Below are positions 1 through 7,071 of a stretch of DNA of 64,000 bases, in pieces. The DNA is taken from NCBI GenBank assembly GCA_025829515.1, contig GCA_025829515.1_4865.1; one strand, given 5' to 3'. The position numbers and the translations under genes are program-made. The stretch's first letter is position 1; every line of letters begins with the position of its first letter. Origin of the DNA: a phage. A model generated the notes under the pieces. That model worked only from the letters and a program-made list of their open reading frames with translations, made no database searches and had not been told where the DNA came from.

Positions 1-55
1 ATGATACGATTATGAAACGTATTGAGTACGCTTATAGAGCCCGAGGAGGTCGCTA

Positions 56-1369
56 ATGTCGTTTGGTCGGTTACAACAGATGGCGAACGGTCACATCGCT
101 AATGCTCGGGGGTTACCGGCTATCGACTACGGGATATTCCTCACGGTACACGGTGCCCCAGTGACGGTGTTGAAGATGCTGTCTATCATTCACACCGGTC
201 ACTTTACGCGTGATATCTGTTTATTGACACATCTCACCTTGGCTATACCCTACAGCCACATGCGAATGATCACGTCGTCCGCAGAAGGGGATTTGAAGGT
301 AAAGCTGTTATTGCGTCGTGGACAGAAAATCGCGGGGGTCTTTAACTACCGCGGCATCGTGATAAATAACCGCGACCACAACGCGGAATCACCAACGATG
401 TTCTTGAGTCAGTCTGATGAGAAATCTATCGCTTTGGTAACATTGGAGCTGATGGATGAGTCGATGTGGTTCCTGCGTAATCGTCAAGTGGGCGGCATCT
501 ACCACGAAACAGATGGGTTAACAGTGGCACGCTCGATACTGGCGGATACGTTACCGGAAGGGGTGGCTGCAGAGGGGCAGTTGAAAGGGATTGAATACGA
601 TGAAGAAGAACAGCAGGCATATCGGGACATCGTTATACCAGACTCTGAAGACTTCTTAAGCGTGTTTGATTATCTGCAGAACCATTACGGTGTTTACAGC
701 AAAGGTATTGGGGTCTTCCAATACCTACAACGATGGTATCTGTATCGACCTTGGGACTCGTTGAAGTTTAATAACACAACGAAGCCTAAACTGGTCATCT
801 ATAATCTGCCTCGTGAACAGGCTGCTCACATTGACCGCACCACCGATATCGCGGGTAATGTTATCTATCTGATTTGTGGCGGCGACACCAGTAGTTTGGA
901 ATACCGTGACCAGGCCGCGCTTAACCATGGTACGGGTTACCGGGTAGGGTCTGTACGTGTGTTGGATGGGCGTAGTAGTTCATTTACGCCTGGCGACATC
1001 AGTATGACCACACCTGATAAGTTTGTGGCGCAGGCCGACCCTGCTGCGTATCCAGGCGGCGTGGTTAACGCACCAATCGATCCTGATAAGCACTTTAGCG
1101 ATACCGATAAACCGCAGCGGTCTAAACTGGAGATGAGTCTGGGTACGATTGTGCAAACAACCTGGAACCGTTCAACGCACGGCATCCTATATCCCGGTAT
1201 GCCGGTAAAATACGTTTTTGCCAACGAGTATGGGGTCTATACCCGCTACGGCACGTTGGTGGGTGAAGTGTTCCAGTCTGCTGTCGACGGTCAAACGATG
1301 GCATCAGGACGCTATAACACCCAATCACAACTGAGTCTTTGGCTCAAAGATGAAAAATTTACAGCTTAG
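56..1369 (+). CDS. hypothetical protein (437 aa)
   Basis: Long ORF; SD GAGGAGG at 43-49, 6 nt before ATG. No recognisable motif. Confidence 0.75.
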   Translation: MSFGRLQQMANGHIANARGLPAIDYGIFLTVHGAPVTVLKMLSIIHTGHFTRDICLLTHLTLAIPYSHMRMITSSAEGDLKVKLLLRRGQKIAGVFNYRGIVINNRDHNAESPTMFLSQSDEKSIALVTLELMDESMWFLRNRQVGGIYHETDGLTVARSILADTLPEGVAAEGQLKGIEYDEEEQQAYRDIVIPDSEDFLSVFDYLQNHYGVYSKGIGVFQYLQRWYLYRPWDSLKFNNTTKPKLVIYNLPREQAAHIDRTTDIAGNVIYLICGGDTSSLEYRDQAALNHGTGYRVGSVRVLDGRSSSFTPGDISMTTPDKFVAQADPAAYPGGVVNAPIDPDKHFSDTDKPQRSKLEMSLGTIVQTTWNRSTHGILYPGMPVKYVFANEYGVYTRYGTLVGEVFQSAVDGQTMASGRYNTQSQLSLWLKDEKFTA

Positions 1370-1412
1370 TCATCTAGTATGACCCGTAAGTAACCTTAAG
1401 GAAAATATTGCA

Positions 1413-2210
1413 ATGAAAGCGATTCACACCTTTCGCATGACCGGCCAAACTGTTCTCGACATTGATGCGTACGAAGCCGCTAACTTCACCAAACCGACCA
1501 AGCTCTGGGATCGCCTGGTTAAGGTACTACCGCAAAGCGGTGAGGTGCAGTTGGATTTTGTCATGGCATCGACGTTGGATAAAACAGTGGCAGTTATTTA
1601 TACTGCTGACGGTGTGCAGAGTAAGAAGGACCTGGCAATCGAAGATAAAGGCGGGCTGGGTTATCACTTGTTCCTGCACTGCGTAACCACTGCACCGATT
1701 TCAGCTGCGCTGGCGGGACAGTACGGTTTCGCGAATGCGTATTTCCTGGCACAGAAACTCGCCGTGAATGTTATTCCGGGTGACGTGACCACTTACCCTG
1801 AATACGTACAGCGTATCCTGCCAGAGCACTTCGCTGCAGACGACTACGATTTCAACGTGTTCCGTTTCGCATTGATCGGCGAATCGCGCGATCCAGAATA
1901 CACCGTTGGCTTGCGTGCCTGTCTGCGTCACTCCGTTATCTCTTCGGATGAAGGGATGTCGAATAACGTGAACGAAGTGTTCCCGATGATGCAAGTCGGT
2001 CCGTATATCACTTTCAACTCGTACATTCCGTTCCCGGCACAGATTCTGCCGCCGCAGAACGATAACAGTGTACTGCCAATCGCCGACAAGTATTCACTGC
2101 GTGCGAGCGAAGCAGTTGAAGTGATTAACGATCGTCGCTTTACATTGTCAGTGACCAGCGGCATCAGTGAACCGGAAGTTGCGGTCTCTCAGAGCCTGGA
2201 TTTGATGTAA
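1413..2210 (+). CDS. hypothetical protein (265 aa)
   Basis: Long ORF with AAGGA upstream; followed by strong terminator. Confidence 0.75.
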   Translation: MKAIHTFRMTGQTVLDIDAYEAANFTKPTKLWDRLVKVLPQSGEVQLDFVMASTLDKTVAVIYTADGVQSKKDLAIEDKGGLGYHLFLHCVTTAPISAALAGQYGFANAYFLAQKLAVNVIPGDVTTYPEYVQRILPEHFAADDYDFNVFRFALIGESRDPEYTVGLRACLRHSVISSDEGMSNNVNEVFPMMQVGPYITFNSYIPFPAQILPPQNDNSVLPIADKYSLRASEAVEVINDRRFTLSVTSGISEPEVAVSQSLDLM

Positions 2211-2217
2211 ATGTGTG

Positions 2218-2252
2218 CCTGGTCTCCTTGTGAGACCAGGTCTCTTTATTTT
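2218..2252 (+). terminator. rho-independent terminator
   Basis: Perfect 9 bp stem cctggtctc/gagaccagg, loop cttgt, then tctctttatttt. Confidence 0.8.
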
Positions 2253-2304
2253 AGCCCTCTAAACGCACTCACAACCTTCTAAAGCCACTCTAACGGTAGA
2301 ACGA

Positions 2305-2356
2305 CCCTCTATAGTGATAAAAGCTCTCAAAACGCGTTTGAGAGCGTTATAGAGGG
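2305..2356. repeat. imperfect nested palindrome (structured element upstream of promoter-like motif)
   Basis: ccctctata...tatagaggg outer arms with inner gctctcaaaacg/cgtttgagagc arms; sits between terminator and promoter motif. Confidence 0.5.
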
Positions 2357-2376
2357 TGTACTCTGAATAAAAATAA

Positions 2377-2400
2377 TTTCAGATATATATTACCTAGGTG
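2377..2400 (+). promoter_or_regulatory. conserved promoter-like motif, copy 1 (TTTCAGATATATATTACCTAGGTG)
   Basis: One of three near-identical copies (also 30881, 49652), each after a terminator and before a conserved leader ending in AAGGAG-ATG; contains TATATTAC. Confidence 0.55.
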
Positions 2401-2452
2401 ATAGAAGACAATCTATCAACTCAATCGACTATTAATCTAAAGGAGTATTGCC

Positions 2453-2596
2453 ATGTTAACTCGTAACCATAAACGTGCCATCTTTGCCATCGTTGCTGTT
2501 GTTGCTTTCGCGGTACTGTCTATCACTGTAACTCAAGATTACAATAAGTGTATCGATAACGGTAACTCTGTTGCCATGTGTACAGGTCGCGGCTAA
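2453..2596 (+). CDS. small membrane protein (47 aa, one TM helix)
   Basis: Not in ORF track (<60 aa). AAGGAG 8 nt before ATG; hydrophobic core AIFAIVAVVAFAVLSITV; stop overlaps next start (TAATG). Confidence 0.6.
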   Translation: MLTRNHKRAIFAIVAVVAFAVLSITVTQDYNKCIDNGNSVAMCTGRG

Positions 2597-2778
2597 TGGA
2601 CTTTTCTGATGCGCAGTTTGCCGAGTTCTTATCTCACCCGCGTGTTAAACGTGAGTGGGATAATCTCACTAACAGTGTTCGTCGTCAGGACGAAGAAGAA
2701 ATCGTTCACGTTACCGCACAAGTCTTACTCGTCTCACCGACAGGTAATGTGTTTCCAATGCAGCAGGAGATTTACTAA
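2596..2778 (+). CDS. hypothetical small protein (60 aa)
   Basis: ATG overlapping upstream stop (TAATG); same frame as track ORF 2578-2778, whose annotated start is GTG. Confidence 0.55.
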   Translation: MDFSDAQFAEFLSHPRVKREWDNLTNSVRRQDEEEIVHVTAQVLLVSPTGNVFPMQQEIY

Positions 2779-2966
2779 TGGGTGTTTTAGTTAATTACGA
2801 TGGTAAAAACGGAATCGTGCTTCGTGAAGTGGAAGATAACGAAGCAGTAGAGGTGAATCCGCAAACCTCAGAACGCACATTTATCGTGGGGCCGAAAAGC
2901 GCACTACCGAAGCCGGACTGGAAAGAAGAGCTGGCGAAGTTCCGTGGGGAACTCGGGAAGAAGTAG
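2778..2966 (+). CDS. hypothetical small protein (62 aa)
   Basis: ORF with TAATG start overlap; followed by terminator. Confidence 0.6.
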   Translation: MGVLVNYDGKNGIVLREVEDNEAVEVNPQTSERTFIVGPKSALPKPDWKEELAKFRGELGKK

Positions 2967-2978
2967 TATAGCTAATTT

Positions 2979-3007
2979 AATACCACCTACGGGTGGTATT
3001 ATTTTTT
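2979..3007 (+). terminator. rho-independent terminator
   Basis: Stem aataccacc/ggtggtatt, loop tacg, then T-run. Confidence 0.75.
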
Positions 3008-3025
3008 GCCTAAGGAACGTGAAAA

Positions 3026-3442
3026 ATGATTAATGAGAAGCTCCAAAAGTATTTAAAGAATGACACCGACTGGATGGTCCTTGACCAGTACGGACGATTT
3101 GTTCCGCTATCCAAGGATTCCCCTATACCCCGTGACAAGGCGATTTATATTCCTGACGGTAAGGGCGGTTATCGTTTCTGGGAAGGCCAGGAAGTAAAAG
3201 AGGAAATGTTCTACATGGAGCCGAAGTTCCGTGCGGCGTTCCCATCGAAAAATATCAACGGCTATGTTTACAACGCAATTCCGCCAATTACGCATCCTAA
3301 CTTTGAGGTTGTGAACTACCCCGCAACTGTTCTGGATTGGCAACGTGCCATTAGTGAACACTACACGATCCCGCTTGAAGGTGTTTACTTCCCATTCCGT
3401 GATATTAGTTTAGATGACTTTATTAACTCTCTTAAGGACTAA
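3026..3442 (+). CDS. hypothetical protein (138 aa)
   Basis: ORF with AAGGA upstream. Confidence 0.7.
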   Translation: MINEKLQKYLKNDTDWMVLDQYGRFVPLSKDSPIPRDKAIYIPDGKGGYRFWEGQEVKEEMFYMEPKFRAAFPSKNINGYVYNAIPPITHPNFEVVNYPATVLDWQRAISEHYTIPLEGVYFPFRDISLDDFINSLKD

Positions 3443-3444
3443 AA

Positions 3445-4305
3445 ATGTACAGCATTACTGATTTCATCAAAAGTTCAGATTTCCCCCTACCTCCCGACCA
3501 CGAAGTATTGGCTAGCGATCCGTTAACCGATGCGGCCATTGTCCAGCTGGACCGCGACAAACGTCGTACTTACGTCGTGTTGGTCGAAGGGCAGAGCTAC
3601 GGCCTGTCTTCTTACGACCTGGAGCAGCAGGAGCGTTTCCTCGATGAAAACCGCAAAACGTCAATGTATAGCGCTATCTCGCGTGCGCTGTGCAAGGTAA
3701 TGGCAACCGTTACAGACAGCAAAAAGCGTATCGCTGTGTTACAGGGTATCAATGCACTAACGACCAAAATCCAACAACTTGAAGGTTTCCATTGCCCGCG
3801 ATTGGAAGCCGCACAGAAGGATGCTAAGGGCGATGAGGCCATGGCACTGTTTGAAGGCAATACTGTCTTTGCAACAGCTGAAGCTTGTTATCTCACCTAT
3901 CCAACTTTTAACTATACGCCAATCAGCGACACCGTAGACGGGATTAAAGTAGAGAACGTCGTGCAATGGGGTCGTGCAAATCTCAAGTTTGTGATGTCCC
4001 ATGAAGAAGAAAATCAAGATGGCCTTGGGCAGAAGATTCAACGTTGGTTCACGGCGCGTTTGGACGCCGACTGGGAAGCGCATGTTAACGCAGAGCTTCG
4101 TAAATTTCACGCGGTAGTCGCATTGTTAAAAGAAGACGCTCCCGCCCCGAAACAATCGAAGGCACCAGTGGTTGGCTGGACGTGTTCCGGCTGTAACCGC
4201 AACCATGTCGCTACAGTACCGAGAACTCATCGCTACACTTCGCAGACGATGAACATTGCTTGCCCGGCTTGCGGTAAGATCAACGAAGTTGATTATAAAC
4301 CGTAG
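3445..4305 (+). CDS. hypothetical protein with C-terminal zinc-ribbon-like CxxC...CxxC (286 aa)
   Basis: C-terminus CSGCNRNH...CPACGKINEV; coupled to upstream gene. Confidence 0.7.
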   Translation: MYSITDFIKSSDFPLPPDHEVLASDPLTDAAIVQLDRDKRRTYVVLVEGQSYGLSSYDLEQQERFLDENRKTSMYSAISRALCKVMATVTDSKKRIAVLQGINALTTKIQQLEGFHCPRLEAAQKDAKGDEAMALFEGNTVFATAEACYLTYPTFNYTPISDTVDGIKVENVVQWGRANLKFVMSHEEENQDGLGQKIQRWFTARLDADWEAHVNAELRKFHAVVALLKEDAPAPKQSKAPVVGWTCSGCNRNHVATVPRTHRYTSQTMNIACPACGKINEVDYKP

Positions 4306-4312
4306 TAGTACC

Positions 4313-4351
4313 CCCTCTTACCTTCGGGTAAGAGGGTTTTATATTTATTTT
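4313..4351 (+). terminator. rho-independent terminator (UUCG tetraloop)
   Basis: ccctcttacc-ttcg-ggtaagaggg plus ttttatatttatttt; hairpin identical to the one at 30800-30823. A second hairpin gctctctcc-cgaa-ggagagagc follows at 4372-4393. Confidence 0.8.
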
Positions 4352-4419
4352 CCGAAAAGAAAATAAAAGGCGCTCTCTCCCGAAGGAGAGAGCTTATTCA
4401 CATCCACTTAGAGGTTAAC

Positions 4420-4566
4420 ATGAATACCTTTATACAACAACTGCGTCAGCAACAGCTGAAACAAGTCGCTTTTCAACAACGTCTGCAAGAGGTTAGCCGC
4501 CAACCGCAGACTTCCACCCGTACCATTAAAGGACTAGGAGGTGACATCATCTTCAATAAGAAGTAA
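4420..4566 (+). CDS. small Gln-rich protein, paralog 1 (48 aa)
   Basis: Not in track (<60 aa). GAGG 5 nt before ATG; same length and about 40% identity to 4679-4825 with shared C-terminal IKGLGG(D/E)I motif; own terminator. Confidence 0.55.
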   Translation: MNTFIQQLRQQQLKQVAFQQRLQEVSRQPQTSTRTIKGLGGDIIFNKK

Positions 4567-4575
4567 CACTAACCA

Positions 4576-4597
4576 GGGGTGCTCGAACACCCCTTTT
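4576..4597 (+). terminator. terminator hairpin
   Basis: ggggtg-ctcgaa-cacccc followed by tttt. Confidence 0.6.
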
Positions 4598-4678
4598 AAC
4601 TCCCGTGACAGTATATCAGTGCATTGTGTACCACCACAGCGCAGCGATATATTAACAACCTGCCTAAGGAGGCACTAC

Positions 4679-4825
4679 ATGGAACAACTACGTTCGCAAA
4701 TACTTAACCATTACGTTAAGCAAACCCAATTCAACCAACGTGTACAACAGTTGACTGCGCCCAAGCAGAACACTGTTCGTCGTATCAAGGGTTTAGGAGG
4801 TGAAATACTACTAAACAAAAGTTAA
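4679..4825 (+). CDS. small Gln-rich protein, paralog 2 (48 aa)
   Basis: AAGGAGG 6 nt before ATG; the track ORF 4541-4825 is a read-through extension across the terminator. Synonymous third-position differences relative to paralog 1 (att/atc, aaa/aag, gga/ggt). Confidence 0.6.
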   Translation: MEQLRSQILNHYVKQTQFNQRVQQLTAPKQNTVRRIKGLGGEILLNKS

Positions 4826-4838
4826 CATGAAATAACTC

Positions 4839-4866
4839 TTACCCGAGTGTTCCAGCACTCGGGTAA
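4839..4866 (+). terminator. hairpin, probable terminator
   Basis: 11 bp stem ttacccgagtg/cactcgggtaa; T-run lies about 27 nt downstream (4894-4901), so efficiency is uncertain. Confidence 0.45.
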
Positions 4867-4957
4867 TTCCATGCATATAAATAGTTCGTCGTATTTTTTT
4901 TGATCTTGGCAGGACGCATAAACTGCCCGTAGGGGAGCCTAAGCTCCCCAGTGTTCG

Positions 4958-6520
4958 TTAGAACAAATCATCACCCATTCCACCGGTGAAGAAGTTGATA
5001 GACGACGCTGTTACGGTTTCTTCTTTATCACAATCCCAAGGCAGGATGCCAACATCCTGGAAAGGTATCACTGTGTAGTGATAAGATTCTTTAGTATCGA
5101 TAATGGTGCGGTGCTTACCGCGTTGAACTTCTAAGAAGCTATGGCCGTTGACCACACGCTTGTTAAAATACATTTCACCATCGGCCTCGTTATCAAGGCT
5201 CGAACAACTATCGTAAAGACCACGACCAGGTAAGTTCTTACAGAAACCTACCGGGTCTAACGCTTTTAAGCGCTTACCTTCTGGGGAAATCTGGTGTGGG
5301 GCAATTAAGAACCCACGGTTGCGTACCACTTGAATGTTACGAGCAATACGATAAATTTCTTTGATATCACTCCCGGCAATGCCGTTGCCGTGTCCTGCTT
5401 TGCTGATTGTGCCTAAGTAGTCTGCGCGAATGCCAACAACATGATAACCGCGACGACGTAAGTCGAGAATAAGGTCGTTGATGTAGTGCACTTTAAAATC
5501 GGAGTTGGTGTGCTTTTGGAAAACGTAGTCCCAACCGTTTGCGCGAATCTTACCACAGAGGTAATCAGACATTGCTGTTGTGTGTGCTAACTTCTCTTCA
5601 GCGGTCGCATCTTGGGCAATGGTCATCTGTGGAACTTGTCCTTCAAAATGACCGTACAGTGCTTGATAGCCGTAAGCTAAGTTAACGTCGAGTTCGTTTT
5701 CTAAACTCAAGTCAAGAATAATTGGTTGCAGTGTGCCCTTCACATCCGCCATTACTTTCTCAGGCGTGTTGAAGATAGGAATCGACAAGCTCAGTAAGAG
5801 ACTGAACAAAGACTTACAGTTAAAAGGTAACGCCGGCATTAGCCACAGTTCTTCGGTAATCCCTTTGTTACAACCGAGCATTTGGTTAATGGCTTTCCAG
5901 CCCGTCTGCAAACCATTACCTGCTGCTTTCTTGTTAATCGAGTCGAACACTTTAACAAACGGAGCACGATTATCCGTAACCAGCTCACCAACCAGTGATG
6001 GAATCTTATTATGAGAGCGTTCACCGAACGTAGATAGCGCCTCTTTGAGTTCGAGCACTGCGGTGTTCAGATCAACACGTGTCTCAGTTCCATTCAATGC
6101 TCCGAACGCGCGACCCATTTTTGTTTTGAGTTCGACGCTCTGTAAACATTGACGTAATTGGAAATAATATTGAGACAGTTGTCGATTAAGATGCTCGGTA
6201 CGTTTGTCTTCTTCCTCGGGCAAATCGTCTTCGAGGAATTTGGTAATCGTATCGTATAGAGGACGTACTTGAGTGGTGGCCAGCTTCAAGCGCTTCATAA
6301 CGCTCGCGTGGTCGTATTCCATGCCGCCGTCTATGATAGATGTGATAATGTCCTTGATCTCGATGAGTGCAAAGCGCTCTTCGCCATCTTCCGCATATTC
6401 CGGAAGCTTGATCTGCATCAGAACTTTTCTTATGACATCATGATCCTTGCTAGGGTCCGTCAGCATAGATTCTGTATACAGTGCGGCTAAGGCGGTTATC
6501 AACATCATTTTACTATTCAT
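4958..6520 (-). CDS. hypothetical protein (520 aa), hydrophobic N-terminus
   Basis: Long - strand ORF; AAGGA 6 nt before ATG on - strand; N-terminus MNSKMMLITALAALYTESMLT is signal-peptide-like; hairpin 4932-4949 at 3' end. Confidence 0.75.
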   Translation of the reverse strand: MNSKMMLITALAALYTESMLTDPSKDHDVIRKVLMQIKLPEYAEDGEERFALIEIKDIITSIIDGGMEYDHASVMKRLKLATTQVRPLYDTITKFLEDDLPEEEDKRTEHLNRQLSQYYFQLRQCLQSVELKTKMGRAFGALNGTETRVDLNTAVLELKEALSTFGERSHNKIPSLVGELVTDNRAPFVKVFDSINKKAAGNGLQTGWKAINQMLGCNKGITEELWLMPALPFNCKSLFSLLLSLSIPIFNTPEKVMADVKGTLQPIILDLSLENELDVNLAYGYQALYGHFEGQVPQMTIAQDATAEEKLAHTTAMSDYLCGKIRANGWDYVFQKHTNSDFKVHYINDLILDLRRRGYHVVGIRADYLGTISKAGHGNGIAGSDIKEIYRIARNIQVVRNRGFLIAPHQISPEGKRLKALDPVGFCKNLPGRGLYDSCSSLDNEADGEMYFNKRVVNGHSFLEVQRGKHRTIIDTKESYHYTVIPFQDVGILPWDCDKEETVTASSINFFTGGMGDDLF

Positions 6521-6534
6521 GGAGCATCCTTAAA

Positions 6535-7059
6535 ATGCAAATTCGTTTTAGTCCACCGTGGGAAGTTCAATCTAACATAGATAAAGGGGCTGGCGTTAAA
6601 AAGTTGGAGGAACTCCAAGCAAGCTTCTTTAACTGGTTATATGACTGCTCGTCGGGCTTTAGTTCCATCATACTGCCAGTGAGTGACCCTATTTCGATTT
6701 ATAAATCGATTATGGCACCACCTGCACTTCCGACTCTTTATTATGACCAGGTCTTAAACCTGGTTGAGAAAGGTACGAATGAAACCCTTGCTGATTTATA
6801 TGGGGAATCATTCGACGGTCGTTTACGTTGGGTGTTCTCACAACGTGGCGATGTTGTTGTGGCGTCTTTTGCAGAAGCTAAATCCGGACCGGGTTTTTCT
6901 TTAAGTGAAGACCACGCTGCGAAAAAGATGTTCTGCGCAGAACTTTTTAAATATATGCGTCCCAAGACTCGTGTCGTGGATGATACGTTCAGTACGTCGA
7001 CGCAGTTTGCTGCGCACGAAGTGCTGACGCAGTTGTACGCATGTCATTTATCTAAATAA
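6535..7059 (+). CDS. hypothetical protein (174 aa)
   Basis: ATG at 6535 preferred over track start 6481, which would overlap the divergent - strand gene; GGAG at 6521-6524. Confidence 0.6.
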   Translation: MQIRFSPPWEVQSNIDKGAGVKKLEELQASFFNWLYDCSSGFSSIILPVSDPISIYKSIMAPPALPTLYYDQVLNLVEKGTNETLADLYGESFDGRLRWVFSQRGDVVVASFAEAKSGPGFSLSEDHAAKKMFCAELFKYMRPKTRVVDDTFSTSTQFAAHEVLTQLYACHLSK

Positions 7060-7071
7060 GGTAAACTTGAA

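Noticed and set aside
4541-4825. 94 aa track ORF as a single gene
   Set aside because: It reads through a terminator hairpin and promoter-like region; the internal ATG at 4679 with AAGGAGG and the paralogy with 4420-4566 support two separate 48 aa genes.
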